From contig JAUCBJ010006367.1 in the NCBI GenBank assembly GCA_032718475.1, forward strand, positions 1 to 43,798: DNA of 43,798 nucleotides. Direction: 5' to 3'. The notes under the pieces were generated by a model. The model had not been told where the DNA came from. It saw nothing but the letters and a program-made list of their open reading frames with translations, and ran no database searches. A program made the position numbers and the translations under genes. Positions 12,441 through 24,549 of the stretch are shown piece after piece. Positions within the stretch are counted from its first letter, which is position 1. Every line of letters begins with the position of its first letter. The DNA is from Nemertoderma westbladi (taxonomy: Eukaryota; Animalia; Xenacoelomorpha).

Positions 12441-14344
12441 TGCGAAGTTTCGAAACTGTGCGAGTAACTGCTGATACATCCATGTGGAGATGTGTGATAC
12501 AACGCCAACGCATCGTATGCCGATGTAGTAATATGGGTATTGAAATAATATTAAATCAATGTACACTCTTAAAGCTGCAGCGAAAAAATGTAGCTAATTT
12601 CCTAGGTTACATATAAAATAATAATATTATTTTTAAGAACATTAATTTTACTACTTTGCAAAAATTCAATTAAAAAATAACCAGACATATACATTGTGGA
12701 ATAAACTATTTCAGAAGCCTACAACAGCCATGCCATGGATTGTGGGGCGAGACACGTATGGCGAGCCATCAGCGAACTGATATAATTATACTATGGCCGT
12801 TTTTCAAAAGTCTGTGTGTGTGTGTCAGTGTGTGTGTCGGAAGCCATAATCGAAGTTAATATCTTCAGCTAAATTGTATGGTTGAGTCATTTTGAACGGT
12901 CTCTCCATGGAAATTAATTGTTTAGCACCAAACGATTAAAGTTATTTTGCACAGAAATTAGATATCTGGAATCCATGTACCCCATTCCATTATAGTTTTT
13001 TATTTTTTCAAGTGATTTGCGTTAATAAATGTATTTTTAATTGATTTAAACATAAATTAACTTTGTAAATTCATACGCTGATTCCATTCTCCCCCATAGA
13101 GCCTAAGGCATGGCAAGGGCAGCCGTGCCCAATAATATTTCTTGAAGTTTTACATTAGTAACATTGCAAGCTAAAGTCTTTGACCAAGCCAGTGCCTAGG
13201 CTAGTACACAAGGACATAGTAGTCCAGTAGAAGGAATAGTGCTCCTTCAATACATCTCAACAGACATCAATTCATTTGCCTGTGCCTACCAACGCGTGCT
13301 CCGTGGCAGATCAGATCTGCCACCAATATTTTGGCGGTAAATTCAAATCTGTTTTAACATTGAATACATGAATAGAGTAAGACTAATGTAATTCATTGAA
13401 TCAGAATAAATTATTTCTTATCGGTTTAATTCACTCATCCGTTATTGTTGTTATTGTTCGAGCAGCACGCGAACAACTAAGCTGACTGGTTAATTAGTCT
13501 GGGACACCGAGCAGCACGTGAACAACTAAGCTGACTGGTTAACTAGTCTGTGACTTCGAGCAGCACGTGAACAACTAAGCTGACTGGTTAACTAGAATGG
13601 GACATATCGAGCAAAATTGAGGGGGGGGGGGGGGGGGGGGGGTGTCGGCGGGATTTGTTTTAACTTCTATCACAGTAAAGTCTAGAACATTATAATCATA
13701 ACAATTATACACTTATACCTAGTATATTAATAGTAGATTTCAAGTGGATAAATAGAAAGGCGCAGTGAATTGATATATTTTTGGCGATTGATTCAAATTA
13801 CAGAATTATCATATTTCCATCACAAACTGTACACAGTGTGCTGCACTATGTACGTGAGTAACGTACTAAAAGGTCAAGGAGTTAGAGCAGTATACTTCAT
13901 ACTGTAAACTTCTTACTGTTGACTGTCAGACTGTAGTAGCTACTGCTACTGCATGTGCAGTAGGCCTTAACAGTTCAGTTTAGTTGTTCATGTGCTGCTC
14001 GAAGCCCCAGAATAGATAAAACAACAACAATAACGGATGAGTGAATTAAACCGATTAGAAATAATTTATTCGAATTCAATGAATTACAATACCGGTAGTC
14101 TTATACTGTTATAAGACGTATTCTATGCTGCTATCGCTATGTTAAAACAGATTTTAATTTACCGCCAAAATATAGGTGGTAGATAGGGCTCGATCGGAGT
14201 TGGGATTTGGCCGGAGCCGGAGCAGGAGCCGGAGTTGGACAATTTGGCCGGAGCCGGAGCCGGAGTTTTTGAAAAAATTTTAAAATTTAATTATTTATTT
14301 AAAAAAAAATAAAGTATGGTTATCGTTCGCCAATCGCTCATAAT

Positions 14345-15489
14345 TAGGGCTCAACAGAAGCTTCGGCTTCGGTTCGGTTCGGGCCGAAGTTTGGCAATTT
14401 CGGTTCGGTTCGGCTTCTGCAATTGATACTGCAGAAGCCCGGAGCAAACTTTGCTAAATATTCCAAGTATTACATTGACTGGATTGAGCTAAGACCAGAA
14501 GACAGTAAGACTAATCAATCTGTCCATCGTATCGTTGTACTAATTAATTTTGGGGTGTGTAAACGTTAAACAGACACTGGTGCAGAGCAGACAGTGGTGC
14601 AGACAGTGGTGCAGACACTGGTGCAGACAGTGGTGCAGACATTGGTGCAGACAGTGGTGCAGACAGTGGTGCAGACATTGGTGCAGACAGTGGTGCAGAC
14701 AGTGGTGCAGCGTGCAGACAGTGGTGCAGACACATGGTGCAGACAGTGGTGCAGACACCTGACAGCCTGATGCAGACAGTGGTGCAGACACTGTCTGCAC
14801 CAGTGTCTGCACGCTGCACCACTGTCTGCACCACTGTCCGCACCAGGTGTCTGCACCACTGTCTGCTTAACGTTTACACCCTTAATTTTGGACTCAACTT
14901 TCATTTAAATGGCATTATTGTTTTAATTGTTTCCAGTTTACTTGTGGGTAGTTTCAAAATTAGCATAATTATACAGTAGTTTAGGTTAGGCTAGATATTG
15001 CCATTTTACTTTGTACAGTAGTACCGGTACCTATTTTTTAATTAATCATAACTTTGATACATAATACCAAATATACCTACTACCTCATATAAATAGTATT
15101 ACAAAGACTACCTGTACTTTTAGTGAGGTTTTCTAAATTTGATGTCACTACTGTACGGCTTACTACGGGTGAAAATGTGGTGCATACAGTAAGTATACAG
15201 TATATAGTTTAGGTTAGTAATGGACAGTAATGTAAATATTGTCATTTTATTTTGTAGTACCGGTACTTATTTTTTTAATTAATCATAGCTCTCTCGCTAA
15301 GTCCGCAGACCAAATAGGTACCAGTCTGCCACTGCCAGTCAGCCAGTATAGTGACGTAAATACGAATTTATGACCATAACTTGCTAAATTCCTGAACTTC
15401 GGTTCGGATTCGGTTCGGTTCGGCCCGAAGTTGGCCCTGCTTCGGTTCGGTTCGGTTCGGCCCCATAAAGTGCCTTCTGTTGAACCCTA
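14345..15489. mobile_element. hAT non-autonomous element B nested in A
   Basis: TIR TAGGGCTCAACAGAAG / CTTCTGTTGAACCCTA (1 mismatch); 8-bp TSD CTCATAAT (14337-14344, 15490-15497); TTCGG subterminal repeats. Confidence 0.92.
14553..14881. mobile_element. MULE/foldback-like MITE built of inverted 12-bp arrays, nested in B
   Basis: GGGTG(TG)TAAACGTTAA ends; (CAGACAGTGGTG)n followed by its reverse complement; 9-bp TSD TTAATTTTG (14544-14552, 14882-14890). Confidence 0.85.
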
Positions 15490-16442
15490 CTCATAATCAA
15501 TCATACTGCTGTACTGTAGGTCTAATTAATTTCATAATGTATAGATTTACGAATTTTCAATTTAAAATTTAAGTAATTAATTTATCACGGACAGACGGCC
15601 TGACGCTGACGGCTAAAAATTACCTACAGTACCTAACTCAGTAACTCACTAACTGTCTAACTATGGTAGAGGTGTGTATGTACAGTGTACTGTAGGTACT
15701 GAGGTAGCCTACCGCTGTACCGTGTACGTGTACCAGTACTGCAGTACATTACAGCATTATGCTGGCATGACAGTCAGTAAATGGCTGCAGTGGTACAGTG
15801 TACAATCATAGCATTTACAACAATTTTTACAGTAGGCAGTAGGGCCTATCTGTAAAAGTCTGCTAGTCAGCCAGCTGGCCAGTACCAGTACTGCAGTACA
15901 GTCAGTCAGTCATTGACTAAGTAAATACTGCAGTATTATGCTTGATATTGAAGCTGTACTACAGTAGTACTTATAGTGTAAATAATTGTTCAGATTAGAA
16001 TATGCACGAAATATAATACTTTATTAAAAAATTAACTCCGGCATTATTTTTACCGGAGCCGGAGCAGGAGCCGGAGGTGCCAAAATGGCCGGAGCCGGAG
16101 CCGGAGGCCGGAGCTCCGATCGAGCCCTAGTGGTAGATCTGATCTGCCATCCTTTCCAGTATAAATTACATGTCTTTCAATCATTTGAATTTCCCGCGCT
16201 ATGGAGCAGGGTGGCACCTTTTAGGGACTTGTCTTGTTTGAGTCTTGGGTTTACAGGTTTAACGTTTAAATTGTGGCGATATCGCGTTATAGTACCGGTT
16301 ACCAGAATTATTATTACAGTATTAGGATAGATTTACATAGTGACAGTGTAGGGGTAGGCCTACGCTGCTACGCCTACCCATATCCAATCATTGTAGGCCT
16401 ACCGCCGCTACCGGTACGTGTGGTTCGATAATTACAAATACA

Positions 16443-16667
16443 ATGGCAAACGATGAGTTCGGAACATTGTTTATTCAAGCCCAAGAGAACGCAACCCAGG
16501 CCAACCAGCAGATTACGATTTTGCAAGACAATGTTCAGTCTTTGCAGTTTGAGATTATAAAGAATGCTAAACTTCATGCGCAACAACTAAACGTTGAACT
16601 CCATTCACAAGTGGACCAATTGAAAGATGAACTAATTGCATTGGAAATAACCAATGGAATTAAACAG
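16443..16667 (+). CDS. AIMP1: AIMP1 (p43/pro-EMAP II) coding exon 1
   Basis: Coiled-coil N-terminus ending ELIALEITNGIKQ (cf. ELIQAEIQNGVKQ); phase-0 donor CAG|GTGAGT. Confidence 0.85.
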
Positions 16668-16880
16668 GTGAGTTTGGAAAGGGAAGATAATCTAACAGTT
16701 GGACAATACCAAAAGTATAATAATTACCACCACATTACATAGTACAGTAGTAGGTCTCCAATTAGAGGCTACCGGCACTACAACTACAAGCTGACTACAA
16801 CAACCGTACAACCCGTACTCGTACTGCCTTAACCGACGGTATTATATTACACAACATTATATATTATTATTTTTATTTAG

Positions 16881-17073
16881 TACGGATATTTGATACCAAG
16901 ATCTTCGCAAAAGCTCAATGAGGCCGATGGTTCCGAGGTCACTCAACAGATAGAGACAACTCCTACTGCTACTATTCCAAGTAAAGCTACCGGCACCTCG
17001 GATGTTGAAAAGTTGGATAAAATGAAATGTAAAAAACAACCCAAGGAACAAAATAAGAGTACTAATATAAAAG
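16881..17073 (+). CDS. AIMP1: AIMP1 exon 2 (Lys/Thr-rich linker)
   Basis: TTTTATTTAG| phase-0 acceptor, AAAG|GTAATT phase-1 donor; frame joins exons 1 and 3. Confidence 0.75.
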
Positions 17074-17391
17074 GTAATTTATTATTAACATTGATTTTAC
17101 AGAAAATAATCATTAATCATCAATTACAAGTATCTGAAGTGAAAGTGATGCTGCAGGATTATAGGCCTGACCTACCGGTATACAGGTATATGGTAAACAA
17201 ATATGAAGGAAAACTGTCTGACTGTGTTATTTCTGTTTTAAACTGTATTATATTTAATAAAGTACCGGGCAATGAAATTAAGTATTTTTTTATGTCTTCG
17301 AATACGTTGATGTTTATACGATTAAGACAGGCATATATTTTTAAATAGATGCCCATCTACAGATCTAGAGATGAATTTTCTGGGAATTTCG

Positions 17392-17672
17392 GGCCCATGT
17401 GAAGAATACCAGAATTGCTGCCGTTATATTTCACTTTGCAGTTACCCCCATGTGAAGAATACCAGGTTTTCTCCAATAACACAGGTTACAGAAGGGCTGA
17501 ATCTAACCAAAACAATAAACGAATTAGTATATGTACAGGTTATAAGACAGAAATAAGCGCTATAAAACACTTAATAAAGAAAAATTAAAAAAAAATTAAA
17601 AATCTTCATATATAAAATTCCAATAAAAAGTCGACCGAAAAGTGAAATCCTGGTATTCTTCTCATCGGGCGA
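17392..17672. mobile_element. ~280-bp MITE, full copy
   Basis: TIR GCCCATGTGAAGAATACCAG; 7-bp direct flanks AATTTCG; near-identical to 41023..41300. Confidence 0.88.
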
Positions 17673-17744
17673 AATTTCGTCATGGAATTTTGGGGAAATT
17701 TCCGGAAAAGTAATTTTACTATTTTTTAGTATAGTAAGTGTTCA

Positions 17745-18025
17745 GACTTTGCGGATGGCATCGCCCTGATTTCTAATACGCTAGCAGATGTACAGCTTCT
17801 ACTAAATAAAGTGGAGAGGGCTGCTAAGGTGGTTGGATTGCATATAAATGCTACCAAAACCGAATTCATGACCTTTAATGTTAATGGAAACTTGACAACC
17901 ATTGACAATAATCAACTAAGGAACGTCGACGACTTCCAGTACCTTGGATCATGGATAGAGAGTAGCAAAACCAGTACATTGGATCATGGATAGAGAGTAG
18001 CAAAAAGGACATAGAAGTTAGGAAA
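17745..18025 (+). mobile_element. RTE-clade LINE RT fragment (catalytic motif mutated to FADG)
   Basis: DFADGIALISNTLADVQLLLNKVERAAKVVGLHINATKTEFM...DDFQYLGSWIESSK; internal ~30-bp duplication. Confidence 0.85.
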
Positions 18026-18053
18026 GTTTTTTAAAGTCCAATAAACTGATTGC

Positions 18054-18172
18054 AGTACCTTTGCGGGTATTGTTACTGAGTTTACACTTGGATATAGTAC
18101 CTTTGCGGGTATTGTTACTGAGTTTACACTTGGATATAGTACCTTTGCGGGTATTGTTACTGAGTATACACT
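18054..18172. repeat. 42-bp tandem repeat, ~2.8 copies
   Basis: AGTACCTTTGCGGGTATTGTTACTGAGTTTACACTTGGATAT at 18054, 18096, 18138. Confidence 0.95.
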
Positions 18173-18723
18173 TTATCATTTTAACCTTCAACTGGTACAC
18201 AAAAGACAACTACACGTTGCGGGCCATGGGTGCGCTTCTCATCAGATTATAAATAAATAATACATATTTTTTTTATCTTTTACAATTAAAGATAAAGCAG
18301 CAAGTTGTATTTTAAAGAAACAATAAACGATTGGTAAAGTATTTAATTTAGCACCTGGGTGATTAATTAAGAATTAAGTTACAAAGCGCGGGACCGGCTG
18401 GGACCGCGGGGACGGCTGGGGCGCGGGACCTACTGACAGACTGGGACTAGTTTACGTTTCTGTTATTTTCTTCGCAAATTATTAGTAAAAGCGGAAATTT
18501 CAGGAAATCTTTCAAGGAAATTTCGGAATGTCTCCGGACTACCATTCCAATATTCCATCACAATTTCGTGAAATCTGTCCGGCGTATGCAGTGCTAGTCT
18601 GCCAGTGGTTTCTATTTCTAAAAAAATATTCGATCTGTTTACAAGTTTTCGCAGAAGCAAATCACGTACGACTTTAGTTTATTGTTTTGGTTTTGTTCAT
18701 CCACTTAACATCAACCATTGCAG

Positions 18724-18905
18724 ATAATATCGGAGGAGATGCTAAAACCCCTAACCCAGCGCGGCTAGACTTACGAGTTGCCAGAGTTTTATCGGCAAAG
18801 AAACACCCTGAGGCAGACACTCTGTATGTGGAAGAAATGGATTGCGGGGAGGATATGCCAAGAACTGTAGTTAGTGGTCTGGTAAAACACATTTCTGTGG
18901 ATGAG
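18724..18905 (+). CDS. AIMP1: AIMP1 exon 3 (start of EMAP II tRNA-binding OB-fold)
   Basis: [43 protein letters not shown]; TTGCAG| acceptor, GAG|GTAGGT donor. Confidence 0.93.
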
Positions 18906-19234
18906 GTAGGTTGATGTTGGGTAAGAAGAGTTTAATTAAACTTACATGTACCGGTAGTGAGTTGCGTTAGCGTAAGCACCACCGTTATCGCAGTTATTTT
19001 GTGTGCAAAATAATACTTTCTTACTATTTATTCAAGGTATTTGTTATAAACACACCTTAAAAACTATCGGTACTTATTGTAAACATGTCTAAAAATAATT
19101 AACTCTCGTAACAGGTTAGTTTCTTATCGTGCCGTCTACTGCACCAGTTAACCAATAACTCTGTAGGAATTTGTTGTGGTTAGCGGTTGTTTCGCCAGCT
19201 CGAGTTCAGTAATAACTATTTGTACATACTTGTG

Positions 19235-19940
19235 TGTAAAGTAGCACATTACAATGCGATGATCCGAGTGGCTTTGTTACACGAACGAACGTTAGTGAGT
19301 GAGTGAAAATAAAGCCACGAGGATCAGAACACTGTAAAGTAGCACATTACAATGCGATGATCCGAGTGGCTTTGTTACACGAACGAACGTTAGTGAGTGA
19401 GTGAAAATAAAGCCACGAGGATCAGAACACTGTAAAGTACTTTGCAACAAGTATGTATGTAGTTTTATTCCAAAATTGTAACATTACGAAATGATTGTAC
19501 ATATATTATAAGTGATAGAAACTGCACAAATTAAATTAGTTGCTGAATAAATAAATGTAAAAATGACATAAATTATGTTATAAATAAGTTAGCTTATATT
19601 TATGGTGGCGTTTGGAGCCATGTTATAATAATATAGCTAGGCCCTACTGGATATTAATAGGTATACCCCGCCTACCGGTAGGTAATGCAGTAGGCCTATC
19701 TGGCTGTCAGGCAAATTTCCACCTATTGTTTACGTGGTATCCAATGACGGCGTTAAGAAATGTCCCCTTAGTGGACATTACTTAACACCGTCATGGGTTA
19801 CCACGTAAACAATACCACCAAATACAATACTAAATGTACAGGCCAATACAATGCTGTAATGTCCTCTAAAGTTGTAAAGTGCTAAATAACAACTCGCTGT
19901 TAATACTAACGGCGTTGAGTAATGTTACAATTTTGGAATA
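19235..19940. mobile_element. Unclassified interspersed repeat with a 98-bp tandem duplication; related copy at ~39077-39297
   Basis: 98-bp unit at 19235 and 19333; TTATTCCAAAATTGTAACATTAC (~19465) inverted at ~19918-19941; 19692-19940 matches 39077-39297. Confidence 0.7.
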
Positions 19941-20256
19941 ACTTAGATTAAGTGAACACTGGGAGCATTGCACAGTAGAAGCTGAATAACTATTATTAGA
20001 TATAATGATCGAATATTTAGATAAACTATGTAAAACGTTTAAATAAATAAATAAAAAAACTATCATACTAGTTAATAGGGTTTTTTGTTTACAAACAATC
20101 CTAAATGATCAACAACCACGAATCGTAAACCAATATAATTCTAAAAATAAAATACGTATATTTTGTATTATAGTATTATAAATAACCGACAGCTAGTTCC
20201 GCTGTCGTAACAGAAAGTTCCGACAGCATCAACCTAAGAGTCAGAAAATCCACAAA

Positions 20257-20262
20257 TTTATT
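20257..20262 (-). promoter_or_regulatory. Candidate polyadenylation signal for MGAT1
   Basis: First AATAAA seen on the - strand beyond the 31-bp array. Confidence 0.35.
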
Positions 20263-20394
20263 TTGACGTTTTTCAATAAGGAATTAAATAAAACTATCTC
20301 GGAAAGAAATGTTTCTCTCGTATATCTCTCTCTATACACAACGTCTTCATACACATAAATGCACATTTAAAAAAATTTGCGTACGGTGTTCTGA

Positions 20395-22088
20395 CATTCC
20401 TTACCGGACGCTATTGTAACCCTTCCATTCCCTAGCGGACGCTATTGTAACCCTTCCATTCCCTACCGGACGCTATTGTAACCCTTCCATTCCCTACCGG
20501 ACGCTATTGTAACCCTTCCATTCCCTAGCGGACGCTATTGTAACCCTTCCATTCCCTACCGGACGCTATTGTAACCCTTCCATTCCTTACCGGACGCTAT
20601 TGTAACCCTTCCATTCCCTACCGGACGCTATTGTAACCCTTCCATTCCCTACCGGACGCTATTGTAACCCTTCCATTCCCTACCGGACGCTATTGTAACC
20701 CTTCCATTCCCTAGCGGGCGCTATTGTAACCCTTCCATTCCCTAGCGGACGCTATTGTAACCCTTCCATTCCCTACGGGACGCTATTGTAACCCTTCCAT
20801 TCCTTACCGGACGCTATTGTAACCCTTCCATTCCCTACCGGACGCTATTGTAACCCTTCCATTCCCTACCGGACGCTATTGTAACCCTTCCATTCCCTAC
20901 GGGACGCTATTGTAACCCTTCCATTCCCTACCGGACGCTATTGTAACCCTTCCATTCCCTACGGGACGCTATTGTAACCCTTCCATTCCCTACCGGACGC
21001 TATTGTAACCCTTCCATTCCCTACCGGACGCTATTGTAACCCTTCCATTCCCTAGCGGACGCTATTGTAACCCTTCCATTCCCTACCGGACGCTATTGTA
21101 ACCCTTCCATTCCCTACCGGACGCTATTGTAACCCTTCCATTCCCTACCGGACGCTATTGTAACCCTTCCATTCCCTACCGGACGCTATTGTAACCCTTC
21201 CATTCCCAACCGGACGCTATTGTAACCCTTCCATTCCCTAGCGGACGCTATTGTAACCCTTCCATTCCCTACCGGACGCTATTGTAACCCTTCCATTCCC
21301 TACCGGACGCTATTGTAACCCTTCCATTCCCTAGCGGACGCTATTGTAACCCTTCCATTCCCTACCGGACGCTATTGTAACCCTTCCATTCCTTACCGGA
21401 CGCTATTGTAACCCTTCCATTCCCTACCGGACGCTATTGTAACCCTTCCATTCCCTACCGGACGCTATTGTAACCCTTCCATTCCCTACCGGACGCTATT
21501 GTAACCCTTCCATTCCCTAGCGGGCGCTATTGTAACCCTTCCATTCCCTAGCGGACGCTATTGTAACCCTTCCATTCCCTACGGGACGCTATTGTAACCC
21601 TTCCATTCCTTACCGGACGCTATTGTAACCCTTCCATTCCCTACCGGACGCTATTGTAACCCTTCCATTCCCTACCGGACGCTATTGTAACCCTTCCATT
21701 CCCTACGGGACGCTATTGTAACCCTTCCATTCCCTACCGGACGCTATTGTAACCCTTCCATTCCCTACGGGACGCTATTGTAACCCTTCCATTCCCTACC
21801 GGACGCTATTGTAACCCTTCCATTCCCTACCGGACGCTATTGTAACCCTTCCATTCCCTAGCGGACGCTATTGTAACCCTTCCATTCCCTACCGGACGCT
21901 ATTGTAACCCTTCCATTCCCTACCGGACGCTATTGTAACCCTTCCATTCCCTACCGGACGCTATTGTAACCCTTCCATTCCCTACCGGACGCTATTGTAA
22001 CCCTTCCATTCCCAACCGGACGCTATTGTAACCCTTCCATTCCCTACCGGACGCTATTGTAACCCTTCCATTCCCTACCGGGCGCTAT
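20395..22088. repeat. 31-bp minisatellite, ~54-55 copies, derived from the MGAT1 3' coding end
   Basis: Unit CCGGACGCTATTGTAACCCTTCCATTCCCTA; overlaps the last MGAT1 codons. Confidence 0.97.
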
Positions 22089-23417
22089 GTGTATCCGTTT
22101 ACCTTTATAGTAGACCGATACTATCCCCTTATACGCGGTGCGCGGCACCCCCGCTTTAGTATCTAGCATTAACCCCATCGCGTTAGCTATACCCACGAAT
22201 TGATTGCGACTACCGTGGTAGAGTATAGTGAACTCGTTACTATCAGGCGACGGAAAACTCCAGTTTATAATATCGTCGTAGACGATAGTCGGAAGTCCAT
22301 AAACTCTGTCCACGAAAACCGACTCGTAATTGTCTTCCCGCAAGTAGGATAAATCCAGGGAATTAAACTCAACGTATTTCTTGTTTAAGTGAATTTTCTT
22401 GAGGAATGTATCGAAGAATTGTCCCTTACTGACGCCAACTCGCCCGAAGGTCTCGGTGCGCGGCACTTCTGGGCGCACGCACGAACGCCCACGCCGTTGG
22501 GGCGGCTCCCTCAACCAGTCGTCCCAGTAGCCGGACGGCCAGCTGGGTTCCAGCTCGTCCCACAGTCGGCGGGTCAGCATCCAACCCAACCCCGGAAAGA
22601 AATCGCTCCGGTACAACAGTTCCGGGCGGGATTCCTCTATAAACTCGGGAAGTCCGTTGTCGTTCCAAGCCGATACGCAGAACAGAGAAGAGTCGTTGCG
22701 TAGCAATGAGAAAGTCGCGGAAAAATAGTCGAAGAAATCTGGGGAGACTGATAAATCGTCTTCAACTATTATCGCCCCTTCGTACTGGGTTTCTGAGTGT
22801 TTGAACACTTGGTTGAGCGCCCATCTGTAGTGTCGGGCTATCTTATGATAACCTTGTTGCGACTGGTCAGACACCCCCTGGACGTCGCCCAATTCCGGCT
22901 GCTCTATGAGTCTCACTACCCCTGGGTTGGCCAGCACGTAGGTCTCTATAACCGCCTTGGTTTCGGCATGGCCACAATCCTGACTGACTATAATAGGGAA
23001 TGATGTACCGGCGGGTCGGTACTGGAGTAATGAGTCCAGACAACGGGCCACAGTGACCCGGTTACACGCAATAACAACCACAGGTATCGCCTGGGCTGAA
23101 CCTACATAAGGAGTAGCTTTAGTTTGGTTTTTAGAACCCTGTTGTATTTCATTCGGAGATGGAATATCTGATACAGTTATTCCCAACCTCTGCAGTCCTT
23201 CCTGTAAGATGTTCTGTAATGCCATCAATCTGTGTTGTTCTTCGGCTAATCGGCGGATCTCGTTAGATAAATCCGCGTTGTTTTGACGACACGAGAGGCA
23301 CATATTGTCTGGGTTTCCTCCGATTGTGGCGAATCCGCTTGTATGGAATATCAGTGCAACCATCATGATGAGTATGAAGGCTGCCACGGCATAGAGAATC
23401 CGATATTTGAACGACAT
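22044..23417 (-). CDS. MGAT1: Alpha-1,3-mannosyl-glycoprotein 2-beta-N-acetylglucosaminyltransferase (GnT-I), 457 aa, intronless CDS
   Basis: Type II TM anchor; IPVVVIACNR, FPIIVSQDCGH, KIARHYRWAL, IIVEDDL (EDD motif), CVSAWNDNG, LYRSDFFPGLGW, GVPRTAYKGIV. Confidence 0.97.
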   Translation of the reverse strand: MSFKYRILYAVAAFILIMMVALIFHTSGFATIGGNPDNMCLSCRQNNADLSNEIRRLAEEQHRLMALQNILQEGLQRLGITVSDIPSPNEIQQGSKNQTKATPYVGSAQAIPVVVIACNRVTVARCLDSLLQYRPAGTSFPIIVSQDCGHAETKAVIETYVLANPGVVRLIEQPELGDVQGVSDQSQQGYHKIARHYRWALNQVFKHSETQYEGAIIVEDDLSVSPDFFDYFSATFSLLRNDSSLFCVSAWNDNGLPEFIEESRPELLYRSDFFPGLGWMLTRRLWDELEPSWPSGYWDDWLREPPQRRGRSCVRPEVPRTETFGRVGVSKGQFFDTFLKKIHLNKKYVEFNSLDLSYLREDNYESVFVDRVYGLPTIVYDDIINWSFPSPDSNEFTILYHGSRNQFVGIANAMGLMLDTKAGVPRTAYKGIVSVYYKGKRIHIAPGREWKGYNSVR

Positions 23418-24549
23418 ATCAAGGCCAAGAGATCTTTATATTACATATCAATTAATTATCAGAACGATATCGGTACCGGTATAGCCTTAGGTCACAACGT
23501 CGCTACGTAATCGGATTACGTACCGGTATAAAATTCCGCTTTACTAATAATGCTAATGCTGTAGGGCCTAATGTGTAATGAATGTAGATGAGGTAGGCGT
23601 ACTCGTTTTTAAACTAAACTTCCTTTTTAGCTTTTTAGTCCAAAAACTGAAAAAGGAACTGCCATATATCTGTATATCAGTATATCAAACATTAGTTTTA
23701 CTTTAGCTTTAGGCCTATTACATGGCAGAAAGTATTTGCACACGTGTGTCAAGGCCTACCTGTACTCGACTACCGGTACGGGAGTGGCAGGAGGGGCAGG
23801 AGTCGATAAATCCATTTCTGACATTTTCATGGCCATATCTCTTCGTTCTGTTGCCACGGCAACGGGGTATTTTTTTATGTTATTTGATTCCCCGTGTAAT
23901 TAGTGGAAACCATGCACTATAGGCTTTCTAGGGTGGAGATCCGAAAGAAGTGATTTTTGTCAAGATTTGATTATTGCGGTAGACTGCTTGCTTCAGTGCA
24001 GCTTATTAGACAATTATTTTATTTTGAATTTAAAACCGGTTTAGTGAATCTATAGCTCTGCCCGTCCCGTAGTATAGTAGCCGTTAGCATGTTGTTAGCT
24101 AAGTATGAGGCGCCGTTGAAGCCAAAAGGTAAAAAAAATATTGAGATTACAAAATATGTTGAGATTTACGAAAAAGGTCAGATTTTTTCGGCCGAAATAT
24201 GGTTTTTCGGACGAAATTTGCCAGTTACGGTCGCAATTTTTTCAGCCGAATTAGGCTATTTTACACCGGTGCTAGATATTTATAAGCAGACAGGTAACAA
24301 ATCACACTAATATGCCCTAATCCCAATCCACACCCTATCTGTACTATTATGATACGCTATTATCTACTAGTACTTTTCTGCCGTAAAACGTATATTTCGG
24401 CCGTATATGGCAAATTTCGCCCGTAAAAAGCATATTTCGGCCGAAAAATCTTCATATATTTTTTGTAATCTCTATATTTTTTTGTAATCTCAATATTTTT
24501 TTTGTAAATTATTTATATATTTAGATGTTATTTTTATATTTATATTTAG

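Larger units (their letters stand above)
14184..16129. mobile_element. hAT non-autonomous element A
   Basis: TIR TAGGGCTCGATCGGAG / CTCCGATCGAGCCCTA; 8-bp TSD GTGGTAGA (14176-14183, 16130-16137); GGAGCC subterminal repeats. Confidence 0.92.
13304..16149. mobile_element. Long-TIR element (outer layer); right TIR split by a hAT insertion
   Basis: Left TIR ~13304-13480 is inverted at ~13980-14183 and resumes at 16130-16149; 3x ~50-bp internal repeat at 13458-13610. Confidence 0.8.

Noticed and set aside
14540-14979. Cys/His-rich overlapping ORFs
   Set aside because: Translations of the 12-bp array inside a TSD-bounded MITE
18687-18914. Methionyl- or tyrosyl-tRNA synthetase C-terminal EMAP II domain
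   Set aside because: Upstream exons encode the AIMP1 coiled coil and the total is 311 aa; no synthetase core
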